Positions 41,396 to 51,027 are shown, counted from the stretch's first letter. The stretch: 64,000 nucleotides of DNA from an uncultured delta proteobacterium (GCA_963841435.1 CAWJCS010000003.1:128001-192000), one strand, 5' to 3'. Numbers and translations: made by a program. Notes: a model not told the origin generated them from the letters alone.

Positions 41396-42108
41396 GTTTC
41401 CACGAGCTCGAGGCGGGCGGACGCGGGGTCGCGACACCTCCTGCGGTGCTTCGACGAGCGACTCGCCGCCGGAGCCCGCCCGCTTGCCGCATCGGGGGCT
41501 CCCAGCCGCCGGGCCGGTGACTCGCACTGCTGCGAAGCGACGGCGCCCGCCCAAGGAAGAGGTTGCGGGCGCGAGCCGTAATGCAAGGCTGCCGGGCGTG
41601 GGTGTTCCGGTGAGGAAAGGGAGGCGTATGAACTGCACGGCCCGATTCGTTTTCGTCCTGATCCCGTTCGTCGCCATCGGCGGTTGCAAGAAAAGCGCGG
41701 ACCCGGCGCCGGAAGGGACGGTGACCGCGTCCGCAGCCGAGGCTCCGGCAGAGGCAACCGCGGCGGCGACCGAGAATTTTTCATGGTGTTTTCTCCGGTC
41801 TCGGGTTCGCCTCGGAGTCTCGTCGCCCCAGCCCGGGTTTTCCATAGGGCGGATGCCCTACGGTGCGACGATTGGCGCGCCGAGCGAGGGGAGCCAGCCG
41901 ACGAACGAGAGCGCCCCTCGTCGCCGCTCGTCGCGCCCCGTCTCCGCAGTGCGTGAGCACCGCTCGACGCGCCCTCACCCCGACCCCCCGACCCTTCCTC
42001 TTTGCTCTGTCTTCGCCCCTACCCCGAAAACGTGCGCTCCCCCGCCAGCTCTTGCCCTGCCCCTGACCGAACCTCACTCGCCCGGTCGGTCCGAGGGCGC
42101 GGCTCTCG

Positions 42109-43428
42109 TCAGAGCTTGTTCGCCGCGACGTTGGCGAGCTCGCTGCGCTCGCCTTTGCTGAGCACGATGTGGCCCACCATCGTTTCGCCGCGCAGACGGT
42201 CGGCCGAGACGCTGAGGCCGTTCGTCGACGCGTTGACGTAGGGGTTGTCGATCTGGAAGGGGTCGCCCGTGAGGACGATTTTCGTGCCCTCGCCGCAGCG
42301 TGTGATGACGGTCTTGACCTCGTGGGGGGTGAGGTTTTGCGCCTCGTCCACGATCACGTACTGCTGCGGGAGGCTTCGGCCACGGATGTAGGTCAGCGGC
42401 TCGACCTGGAGCTGCCCGCTCGAAAAGAGATCCTCGTAGCCGCGCGCGCCGCGGCGCCGGCTGCCGCCCGCGACGAACAAGAACTCGAGGTTGTCGTAGA
42501 TGGGCTGCATCCAGGGGTTGAGCTTCTGGTCGAGGTCGCCCGGCAAAAAGCCGATGTCGCGGCCGAGCGGCATCACCGGGCGGCTCACGAGCAGCCGAGC
42601 GAACGCGCCATCCTCGATGGTGCGCTTCACGCCCGCGGCGAGCGCGAGCAGCGTTTTTCCGGTTCCGGCTTTGCCGATCAGCGTGACGAGCCGCACGTTG
42701 TCGTCGAGCAACAGGTCGAGCGCGAAGGCTTGCTCGCGATTGCGCGGCTTGATGCCGACCACGGGGTCACGCGGCATGCGAAGGGCGCGGATCTCGCCCT
42801 TGTCAGCGTGGTAGCGGCCGAGCGCCGTGCGGGGGCGCGCCGCGTTGTCGCGCAGCATGATCGAGAGGTTCGCGTAGAGCCGCGCGTCGGGCGGCGCGGG
42901 CAGCGCCGAGTCCTGGAAGAACTTGTCGAGCTCGGCGTCGCTCACGAAAAGCTCGACGATGCCGGTCTCGAGCCGTTCCGCGTCGACCGATTGATTCTCG
43001 TACGCCTCCGTCGCGAGCCCGAACGCGTCCGCCTGGATGCGGAGGTTCACGTCCATCGTGACGAAGATCACCGTCTTTTCGGGCGATGCGTCGCGCAGTG
43101 CGAGCGTCGTCGAGAGGATCGCGTGGTCGCCCGAGCTCGGGTTCAGCGCGACCGCGAGCTCGGGACGCCGCTCCGGCACGAAGACGCGCAGGGAGCCACC
43201 CTCGCCGATCGGCACGCCGCTGGAGAGCGACGCGCCGCGCTCACGCAACGCATCGAGCAACCGCGTCACGGTGCGCGCGTTCCGACCGCGCTCGTTCGAC
43301 TCCCGCTTGAACTGATCGATCTCCTCGATCACGTAGATCGGCAGGATCAGGTCGTTGTCCTCGAACTTGTAGATGGCGTGGGGGTCGTGGAGAAGGACGT
43401 TCGTATCGAGGACGTAGGTCTTCTTCAT
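42109..43428 (-). CDS. phoH: PhoH-family protein (PIN domain plus PhoH ATPase, PhoH2 type)
   Basis: MKKTYVLDTNVLLHDP, GKAGTGKT, RGRS, DEAQN, GDPFQID. Confidence 0.92.
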   Translation of the reverse strand: MKKTYVLDTNVLLHDPHAIYKFEDNDLILPIYVIEEIDQFKRESNERGRNARTVTRLLDALRERGASLSSGVPIGEGGSLRVFVPERRPELAVALNPSSGDHAILSTTLALRDASPEKTVIFVTMDVNLRIQADAFGLATEAYENQSVDAERLETGIVELFVSDAELDKFFQDSALPAPPDARLYANLSIMLRDNAARPRTALGRYHADKGEIRALRMPRDPVVGIKPRNREQAFALDLLLDDNVRLVTLIGKAGTGKTLLALAAGVKRTIEDGAFARLLVSRPVMPLGRDIGFLPGDLDQKLNPWMQPIYDNLEFLFVAGGSRRRGARGYEDLFSSGQLQVEPLTYIRGRSLPQQYVIVDEAQNLTPHEVKTVITRCGEGTKIVLTGDPFQIDNPYVNASTNGLSVSADRLRGETMVGHIVLSKGERSELANVAANKL

Positions 43429-43587
43429 CGTTTGTTGCTCGAGCCTCCAGCGCCACTTCCCCGGCGGCGGGGCCGGACGCGGATACCATCCCACCCCCCG
43501 CCGGCAAATGGGAATCGGCGAGCCCTCGCGAGGGCCCGGAACAACGGGCTTTTTCCCCCACGCCCCGGCACGGGCTAAAGTCCCGGC

Positions 43588-45909
43588 ATGGTTCCGCGCG
43601 CCCGAGGCTTCTGGCTGCTTTCCGGCAGTCTCGGGTACGTCGGCGTGGCGGCGTCGCTGCTCGTGAAGGGACCTTTGCCCGGCGTCGTCGCGGCGGCGTT
43701 CGTGCTCGCGCTTCTCGCCCTCCGACGGCGGAGCGGGCGGCTCGGGCCGGATGCCTCCGGCGTGACGCAGGCGGCATGCTTCGGCGTCGCGCTTTTCACG
43801 ATCTCGCGGCTGGGACCGACCGGCAACGCCGCGCTCGAGGCGGCCGCCAACGTGGGCGTCGGGACCACCGCCGTCGCGAGCCTGTTCGCGCTCGCTCGGC
43901 TCGACGGGCCGGGTGGCCTGCTGGCCGCGCCGCGCGCCGCGCGCTCGCTCGACGCCGCGCTCTTGGTGGGCTTCCTGTGGTCGGTCGCGACGGCGCTGCC
44001 CCTCACCTACGCGCTGTTGCCCGGCTATCGCGTGCTCTTCGATCCGCTCGCGATCGACTACGCGACGACCGCCGCCGCCGCCGCAACGCTCTTGCTCTCG
44101 ATCGCCGCGGCGTATCGTCTGCGCGTGTTGCGCCGCTTCGAGCTCGGCGTAGGCGATCGCGCCGCGGGCACGTTGGCCGTGTCGCTCACGGCCTTTGCCG
44201 TGGCGGTCCCCGCGACGGTGCTCGATGTCGCAGCGCCCGATCGCGTTCTGTCGCTCGCCGTGATCGTCGGCGCGTCGGCGATGACCTGGGCGTCGACGAT
44301 CGCGGAGCCGACCACGGTGTCGGCGACGATGCGCGGCGTTTTGGCCGTGACGCTGCTCGGCACGCCGCTCACGCTGTTCGCGTCGCTCTTTGCGCGCGCG
44401 GCGCCGGCCCACACGGGCAGCATCCTGCTGTTCGCGACGGCGGCGGCGATCGGCGTGGGGCTCGTGGCGCGCGCCGTGGCGCGCCCTCTCGGCCCCGAGC
44501 AGTCGCGCTGGCTCACGGCGTTCGACCGGGCCGCGCGCGCCGCGCTCGAGCCCGCTCCCGAGGCGGCGCTGCGCGCGACGCTCCACGCGCTCTCGTACCT
44601 CACGAAGACCCCCACGGCGCGCGCCGAGATCTTTCGCATTCATCCCGCCGAGGTGCTCAGCGTCAACATCGCCGGCTACCTGCACACCGAGCCCGGCGAG
44701 GCGCCGCCGCGCCTCTACGAGCTCGGCTTCGCCGAGCCCGAGCGAACGCTGCGCGCGGACGCGCTCCGCGAGGTCGAGGTGCGGCGACCCGAGGTGCGCG
44801 GACTGCTCGCCTGGTTCGACGCGCGCGACGCCTTCTCGGCGACGATCGTCGTCGACGAGGCCGGGCCGGCCGGCTTCATCCTGCTACCTCGCGCCGGGCG
44901 CTCGTCGCTCTTGACGCTCGAGGAGGCGCGGGCCGTGCGCCTGGTCGCCGACCGCATCAGCGAGCTCATCACGGTGACGTCGGCGCTCGCGCGGGCGCGT
45001 GAGCGCGAGCGCGCCGCGGCGGAGCGCCTCGAGGCCCTCGAGAGCGACCGCTCGCGCCTCGAAGCAGCCGTGAAAGGCGGCGGAGCTCGCCATCGCGCGC
45101 ACGCCGAGCGGCTCGCGGCGCGCGTGCGTGGGTCGGCGTACGCGCCCGTGTCACGGCTCGCGCTCGAGGCGCTCGAGCGCGCCGGCAAGGCAGGCGGCGG
45201 TATCGCGCTCGTCACCCCGCCCGGCGTCGCGGCCGTCGGCTGGGCCGCCCATGCTCACCTCGCGAGCGCGCGCGCCGAAGGGCCGTTCGTGGTCTCCGAC
45301 GCGACGCTCACCGTCGATCGCGCGCCGGAGCGCTACAACGACCCGCTCGTGTCGCCGACGCGGCTCGCCGACGGCGGCACTCTGCTCGTGCTCGACGCGG
45401 ACGCCTTGCCGTACTCCGTGCAGGAGCTCGTCGTGAAGACGCTCGCTGAGCGCGGCGCGTCACGCGAAACGAGCCTGCCGGCGCCGGGGCTCATCGTCAC
45501 GCTGCACGCGCCGCTCGAATCGCTCGCGGCGCTCGGCCGCCTTTCGCCCGTCCTCGCGCGCGCGCTTTCGCACGAGGTCCGCCTGCCCGCCGTCGCCGAG
45601 CGTGCCGAGGATTTGCGCGCGCTCGTGCTCGACGGGCTCGCGCGCGCGAGCCTCACGCTCGGTCGCGAGCCGCTCGGCGTCAACGCACGCGCGCTGCGCC
45701 TGCTCGTCAATCATGGCTGGACCGAGAACGAGGTCGAGCTCGAGGCCGTGCTACTTGCGGTTGCGCGCGTGGCGCGCGCGGCGTCGGTGACGCCCGACGA
45801 CCTCGCCGCCGTCGGTTTTGGCACCCAGCGCCCGCCGCGTCCCGAGCCGACCCCCATGGCACCGACCACGCGCCGTCGAGCACCGCGCCGCTTCGTCCGC
45901 GGTCGCTGA
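43588..45909 (+). CDS. polytopic membrane protein with degenerate sigma54-activator AAA+ domain
   Basis: About 8-9 N-terminal TM helices, GAF-like segment, coiled coil, then SARAEGPFV, ADGGTL, LPAVAERAEDL, W.EN..EL motifs. Confidence 0.7.
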   Translation: MVPRARGFWLLSGSLGYVGVAASLLVKGPLPGVVAAAFVLALLALRRRSGRLGPDASGVTQAACFGVALFTISRLGPTGNAALEAAANVGVGTTAVASLFALARLDGPGGLLAAPRAARSLDAALLVGFLWSVATALPLTYALLPGYRVLFDPLAIDYATTAAAAATLLLSIAAAYRLRVLRRFELGVGDRAAGTLAVSLTAFAVAVPATVLDVAAPDRVLSLAVIVGASAMTWASTIAEPTTVSATMRGVLAVTLLGTPLTLFASLFARAAPAHTGSILLFATAAAIGVGLVARAVARPLGPEQSRWLTAFDRAARAALEPAPEAALRATLHALSYLTKTPTARAEIFRIHPAEVLSVNIAGYLHTEPGEAPPRLYELGFAEPERTLRADALREVEVRRPEVRGLLAWFDARDAFSATIVVDEAGPAGFILLPRAGRSSLLTLEEARAVRLVADRISELITVTSALARARERERAAAERLEALESDRSRLEAAVKGGGARHRAHAERLAARVRGSAYAPVSRLALEALERAGKAGGGIALVTPPGVAAVGWAAHAHLASARAEGPFVVSDATLTVDRAPERYNDPLVSPTRLADGGTLLVLDADALPYSVQELVVKTLAERGASRETSLPAPGLIVTLHAPLESLAALGRLSPVLARALSHEVRLPAVAERAEDLRALVLDGLARASLTLGREPLGVNARALRLLVNHGWTENEVELEAVLLAVARVARAASVTPDDLAAVGFGTQRPPRPEPTPMAPTTRRRAPRRFVRGR

Positions 45910-45985
45910 GCGTGGCGCACGGGACAGTGCCACACAAGGTCGCTCCCCGGGCGTGGGCGTTGTACGCTCCGGGGCTCGGAGAGGC

Positions 45986-48900
45986 ATGACGGTGGACGAC
46001 CCCTTGCTTTCCTCGTCGCCGACGAGCACCCGCCGCCTCGGAGGGCGCTTCGCCATCGAGCGCGAGGTCGGGCGCGGCGGCGTGGGCATCGTCTATCGCG
46101 CCTTCGATCTCGAGACCGAGCGCGTGGTGGCGCTCAAGGTCGTCGCTGCAGAGGCCGGCGTGGCCCCCCTGGAGGAGGCGCGACTCGAGCGCGAGGGGCG
46201 CCTGCTCGCGAACCTCGACCACCCCGGCATCGTCAAGACGGTGGCGTTCGGCGTGCTCGAGGACAGCGGCTTGCCTTACGTGGCGATGGAGTGGCTCGAC
46301 GGCGAAGACCTCGCGGCACGCCAGCGCCGTGCTCCGCTCAACCTCGCGGAATCGCTGGAGCTCACCGACAGCGTCGGCCAGGCGCTCGTTGCCGCGCACG
46401 ACGCGGGCGTCATCCACCGCGACATCAAGCCCGGCAACATCTTCTTGTGTCGCGAGCCCGAGCCACAGGGCCTGCTCGATTGCCAGCCCAAGCTCGTCGA
46501 CTTCGGCGTAGCGGCCAACGCCGACGTCCACATCGGCCGCGCGGGCGACGTCGTGGGGACGCCGGCCTACATGGCGCCCGAGCAGGCGCGCGGCGACGCC
46601 CCGATCGACGTGCGCTGCGACATCTACTCGCTCGGCGCGACGTTGTTCGAGCTGATCGCGGGGCGCCCGCCGCACGTCGGCCCGAACGCCATCGCCACCC
46701 TGGCACGCTTGGTGACGACCGCGCCGCCCCGCCTTTCCGATCTGCGATCCGACGTACCCCTCGCCGTCGACGGGCTCGTCGGCAGCATGCTCGAGACGGA
46801 TCCCAGCGCGCGTCCGAGCAGCATGCGCGAGGTGCTGGAGATGCTCGCCGCTGCTTCGCGTGAAGCGGCGCGCATCTCCTGGACGGACAGTGAGCCCGCG
46901 CGCTCGTCGCGCCTCGGCACGAGCATCACGCGCCTGGTCACCTCGCTCGTCGCCATTCGCTTTCCTAGTGTCTCCGCGCGAGACCGCGCGCTCGAACAGC
47001 TCCGCACGCGTGGCGCCGACGCCGCGCCGATCGGCTCGGACGCCGTGGTCGGACACCTCGGTGCGCGCCGCGCCGTCGGCAGCGAGGCGGCGGTGGCGCT
47101 CGAGCTCGGCCGGCGGCTCGCGCGCGCCGGCGCGCAGGTCGGCATCGCGAGCGGCCGCGCAAGGCTCAGCGTCCGCATGGAAACTGGCGAGCTTCGACCC
47201 GTCGGCGAGGTCGTCGACCGCGCGGCGGCGCTGTCACGCGAGGCCCGGCCCGGCGCCGTGCTCGCCGACGTGACGACGAGCGAGCTCGGCCGCGGCCGCT
47301 ACGAGTTCCTCGCCCGCGACGACGGCTCGGCGGTGGTCGGCGAGGCCATGCAGGGTGGCCGGCGCGGCGAGCGCGCCGGCGGAGCGCCGTTCGTGGGGCG
47401 CGACTCCGAGCTCGCGCAGGTGCTCGGCGCGTTCGAGCGCTCGCGCACGGACGGCACCCCCATCATGGTGAGCATCACGGGCCCTCCCGGTATCGGCAAG
47501 AGCCGGCTGCGGCGCGAGGTGATGGGGCGCATCGCCGCGCAGGCGGACGCGCCGCTCGTCGTTCTCCAGCGCTCGGAAGCGTACGGCCAGGGGCACGCGC
47601 TCGGTGCGGCCGCCGACGTTTTGCGCGCGCTCATCACGCTGCCGAAGGGCGCCACGTCGCGCGAGGCCGAGCAGGCCATCGTGTCGAGGCTCGGCGCGGC
47701 GACGCGCGACGAGCTCACCGCCGCGAACCGCGTGCTGCTCGCGCGCCTGCTCGCCAACGAAGCCCTGCCCGAAGGGCTCGACCCACGCGGCTCGCGCGAC
47801 GCCCTCTGGCTTGCCATGACCGATCTCGTGCTGCAGGTGGCGTCCGATCAGGCGGTCGCCGTGCTCGTCGAAGATCTGCAGTGGGCAGACCCCGAGAGCA
47901 TCGGCTGGCTCGACCACTTGCTCGGCCGCGCGAGCTACAAGCCGCTCACGCTCGTCGCCTGCGTACGCCCCGAGTTCTGGAGCGAGTACCCGGACCGCTT
48001 CACGGGCCGCGATCACCTGCGCATCGAGCTGCGCCCCGTGTCGAAGCGCGCCGCGCGCGCCATCGCGCGTGCCGTGCTCGGCGACGAGATCGGCGAGGAT
48101 GTCGTGGAGCGCATCGCGATGCAGGCGGGCGGCCTGCCCCTGTTCGCCGAGGAGCTCGCGCGCCTCACGGCGGCCGGCCGCGCCACCCACGGCGCACCGA
48201 CGATCCAGGCGGCCATCCAGGCGAGCCTCGACACGCTCGACGAGGAATGCCGCGACGCCCTCGGCCGGCTGAGCGTCTTCGGCCTCACCTGCTGGGACTC
48301 GGCGCTCGACGCGCTCGGCATGCCGGGCGCCGACGGCCTCATGAAGTCGCTCGTCGCCGCCGAGGTGCTCGTCGAGCAGAACGTCTCGCGCTTTCCCGGC
48401 ACGCGTGAGTGGGTGTTCAAGCACGCGCTCGTCCGCGAAGTGGCGTACGCGTCGCTCGGCGACTCGGAGCGCAAGGAGCTGCACGCGCTCGCCGCCCCGT
48501 GGCTCGCGCTCATGGGCGAGGACGCCGCCACGGTAGCGGGTCACTACGACCTGGGCGGCCTGCACGAGATCGCCGCGGATCACTGGGCGCGCGCGGCACG
48601 CCGCGCCCTCTCCGCCAACGCGCTCAAGGACGCGCTCAGCATGGCCGACCGCGCGCTCGCGTTCGCCGAGAACGCGCCGAACGCCTTCCAGCGCGCCTCC
48701 TACCTCGACGAAGCCTGGAGCCGCCTCGACCCGCGCTCGAGCGAACGCGAGACGGCCGTGCAGGCCATGGAGTCGAACGTGTTCGATGCGGGGAGCGCCG
48801 TGCATGCGCGGGGCGCTCGCGCCCGCTACGACGACGCGCGCGGCTCTGGCGAGGAGATCAGCCGGCGCCTCGCGGAAACGCGTGACGAAGCGGCCGCCCT

Positions 48901-49906
48901 CGGCGTTCACGACGAGGAGGCACGCTGCTCGGCGGCGCTCGCGGCGCGCCTCGCGTTCGCGGGAAAGTTCAATGACGCCGAGGCCGAAGCGAAGCGCCTC
49001 CTCGAGCTGTCGCAGCGCGGCATCGCCAGCGCCGCCGTCGACGCCTACCAGACGCTCGCCATCGTACGCCAGACGCAGGGCGCGCTCAGCGCGGCGCTCG
49101 ACGCGCGCCGCAACGCCACGCTCGCAGCCCGCGCCGCGGGGCTGCGCGAGCGCGAGGCCATGTTGATGACCAACCTCGGCTTCGCCCTCACGACGATCGG
49201 CGCGCGGCAGGAGGCGCGCAGCGCCATCGAAACTGGGCTCGCGCTCGCCGACGCCATCGGCAGCGAAGGCGCGCTCCGGCACGCGCGCATGCTGCTGCTC
49301 GGCTGGGCCGGCACGTTCGGCAGCGACAAGCACCTCGACGCGCACCTCGCCGAGGTGCGCGCCAATGCCGACGCGGCCGGCTCGGGCGTCTGGGCGGCGC
49401 CCGATCGCTCGAATCTCGGGCTGCTCTTTTATCGCGGTTGCGAGCACTTGCGCTCGAAGTCGGAAGGTGCCGCGCGGCGAGCGCTCGGCCTCCTTCGCAT
49501 GGCGGCGCAGGCGTACCGCTCCACGGGCAACCGCGACGTGCTCCCGGTCGCCCTCGCCTATTGGTCGGAAGCGGAGCGGCTCTGCGGCAACCTCTCGGCG
49601 GCCGTCGAGCTCGCGCAGGAAGGCGTACTCTTGCTCGAGCAGGGCGCGCCGAGCCTGCTCAACGAATCGGCGGCGTTCCTCGCTCTGCACGACGCGCTCG
49701 TCGACCAGGGCGAGCTAGAAGAAGCTCTCGCCGTCGTACGGCGCGGGATTCCGCCGTTGCAGCGCCGCCTGCAGGGCCTCGTCGGCACGCCCTACGCGCG
49801 ATCGTTCCTCACCGATCTGCCCGCCAACGCACGCCTCATCGCCCTCGCCGAGGACGAGGGGTTCTTACCCGAGACCATCCAGCGCATGCTGGAGCGCACC
49901 GCGTAA
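45986..49906 (+). CDS. Ser/Thr protein kinase fused to cyclase-like, STAND-type NTPase and TPR-like domains
   Basis: GRGGVG, VALK, HRDIKPGN, DFG, YMAPE; FVGRDSEL, GPPGIGKS, EDLQWAD; helical repeats. Confidence 0.9.
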   Translation: MTVDDPLLSSSPTSTRRLGGRFAIEREVGRGGVGIVYRAFDLETERVVALKVVAAEAGVAPLEEARLEREGRLLANLDHPGIVKTVAFGVLEDSGLPYVAMEWLDGEDLAARQRRAPLNLAESLELTDSVGQALVAAHDAGVIHRDIKPGNIFLCREPEPQGLLDCQPKLVDFGVAANADVHIGRAGDVVGTPAYMAPEQARGDAPIDVRCDIYSLGATLFELIAGRPPHVGPNAIATLARLVTTAPPRLSDLRSDVPLAVDGLVGSMLETDPSARPSSMREVLEMLAAASREAARISWTDSEPARSSRLGTSITRLVTSLVAIRFPSVSARDRALEQLRTRGADAAPIGSDAVVGHLGARRAVGSEAAVALELGRRLARAGAQVGIASGRARLSVRMETGELRPVGEVVDRAAALSREARPGAVLADVTTSELGRGRYEFLARDDGSAVVGEAMQGGRRGERAGGAPFVGRDSELAQVLGAFERSRTDGTPIMVSITGPPGIGKSRLRREVMGRIAAQADAPLVVLQRSEAYGQGHALGAAADVLRALITLPKGATSREAEQAIVSRLGAATRDELTAANRVLLARLLANEALPEGLDPRGSRDALWLAMTDLVLQVASDQAVAVLVEDLQWADPESIGWLDHLLGRASYKPLTLVACVRPEFWSEYPDRFTGRDHLRIELRPVSKRAARAIARAVLGDEIGEDVVERIAMQAGGLPLFAEELARLTAAGRATHGAPTIQAAIQASLDTLDEECRDALGRLSVFGLTCWDSALDALGMPGADGLMKSLVAAEVLVEQNVSRFPGTREWVFKHALVREVAYASLGDSERKELHALAAPWLALMGEDAATVAGHYDLGGLHEIAADHWARAARRALSANALKDALSMADRALAFAENAPNAFQRASYLDEAWSRLDPRSSERETAVQAMESNVFDAGSAVHARGARARYDDARGSGEEISRRLAETRDEAAALGVHDEEARCSAALAARLAFAGKFNDAEAEAKRLLELSQRGIASAAVDAYQTLAIVRQTQGALSAALDARRNATLAARAAGLREREAMLMTNLGFALTTIGARQEARSAIETGLALADAIGSEGALRHARMLLLGWAGTFGSDKHLDAHLAEVRANADAAGSGVWAAPDRSNLGLLFYRGCEHLRSKSEGAARRALGLLRMAAQAYRSTGNRDVLPVALAYWSEAERLCGNLSAAVELAQEGVLLLEQGAPSLLNESAAFLALHDALVDQGELEEALAVVRRGIPPLQRRLQGLVGTPYARSFLTDLPANARLIALAEDEGFLPETIQRMLERTA

Positions 49907-50081
49907 GTCACCCGGGCGGGGCGCCGGCCCGAAGGGCGCGGCGGGCGCCGGGTTCGCGGCCGTCCCGAGCGACGTTGGCTGCCGCCGATCAGCGCCGAAA
50001 TCACGGGCGATCTGGCACAGTGTGCCACCGAGGGCGAGCTGGATTATAATGTAATTTCGACCAGTTGCGCCCTTCGCCCCG

Positions 50082-50097
50082 TGGCACGCGGCCTGCA
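50082..50097 (+). promoter_or_regulatory. putative sigma54 promoter
   Basis: TGGCACGCGGCCTGCA; upstream palindrome TGGCACAGTGTGCCA (50013-50027) and AT-rich tract (50043-50057). Confidence 0.65.
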
Positions 50098-50109
50098 CTG
50101 CGAGCTCCC

Positions 50110-50955
50110 ATGAAGCCAACGGACCTCACACGCCTCACCGTCATCGGCACGCTCCTCGTCGCGGGCTGTGGCGGGACCTCGTTCACCACCGAAGACGCAC
50201 AGGGCGGCAGCAGCGGGTCGGGGGGAAGCGGCGCGAGCGGCGGGAGCCAGGCGACCGGCGGCAGCGGAGGGTCCACCGGTGGCACGAGCGGCTCGGGCAC
50301 GGGCGGCTCCGGGGCGACCGGCGGTTTTGGCACGGGCGGCAGCGGCGGCGCCGCGGGCGGCGGCGGCGCTCTCGGCGGCAGCAGCGGCTCGGCGGGAGCC
50401 GCCGGCAGCTCGGGGGCCGGCGGCAGCTCCGGCGGCCAGTCGGGAGCGGGCGGCGATGCGGGAGGCGGCGCGGGCGGCGTGAGTGGCGGCGCGGGCGACG
50501 CCGGGGCAGGCGGCTGCGGTCCGTGCCCCTTCGTCGCTTGTTTGCCGCCGGTCTACGCGTTCGTCACGCCGAGCGCCGACGCGCAGGCGCGCCCCATCCG
50601 GGATCTGCACGTCGAGTCGCCGAACCTCGACGTCCATTGCACCCCGCTCGGCGGCTCCCCGTGCCAGTGGACGTGCATGGAGGCGACGTACGTCGCTCCG
50701 GGCGGAGACTACGAGATGACGTTCTCCGCCCCGGGCTTCGAATCTCAAACGGTGACGTTTTCCGTGACCGAGCCCGGCCTTTGCGGCTGCTGCGCCTGCG
50801 GGTGTCCGACGGGCTACCAGGGCACGATCGAGCTCAAGGCAAACGACGAAGAGCCTGGGGCCTGCTGCGCCGACACCGCGACGGATCCGACCAACTGCGG
50901 TAGCTGCGGCAATGACTGCAACGGCGCGGCCTGCACGAACGGCACCTGCGGCTGA
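50110..50955 (+). CDS. Gly/Ser-rich, Cys-rich lipoprotein
   Basis: Lipobox VAGC, ~100 aa Gly/Ser linker, C-terminal DPTNCGSCGNDC...CTNGTC motif. Confidence 0.8.
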   Translation: MKPTDLTRLTVIGTLLVAGCGGTSFTTEDAQGGSSGSGGSGASGGSQATGGSGGSTGGTSGSGTGGSGATGGFGTGGSGGAAGGGGALGGSSGSAGAAGSSGAGGSSGGQSGAGGDAGGGAGGVSGGAGDAGAGGCGPCPFVACLPPVYAFVTPSADAQARPIRDLHVESPNLDVHCTPLGGSPCQWTCMEATYVAPGGDYEMTFSAPGFESQTVTFSVTEPGLCGCCACGCPTGYQGTIELKANDEEPGACCADTATDPTNCGSCGNDCNGAACTNGTCG

Positions 50956-51027
50956 CCCACGCCGCCGCCCGTCGCAAAACGAGCGGGCGATGGTCCGTTT
51001 CGGCGGCCCGGGGTACGAAATGAAGTC

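Noticed and set aside
42109-44685. 858-aa PhoH fusion as given in the ORF track
   Set aside because: The N-terminal half is antisense to the 43588 gene; the PIN domain begins at ATG 43428
50200-50520. Gly-rich region as a RiPP precursor or mobile repeat
   Set aside because: Low-complexity linker inside a lipoprotein; no modifying enzymes nearby
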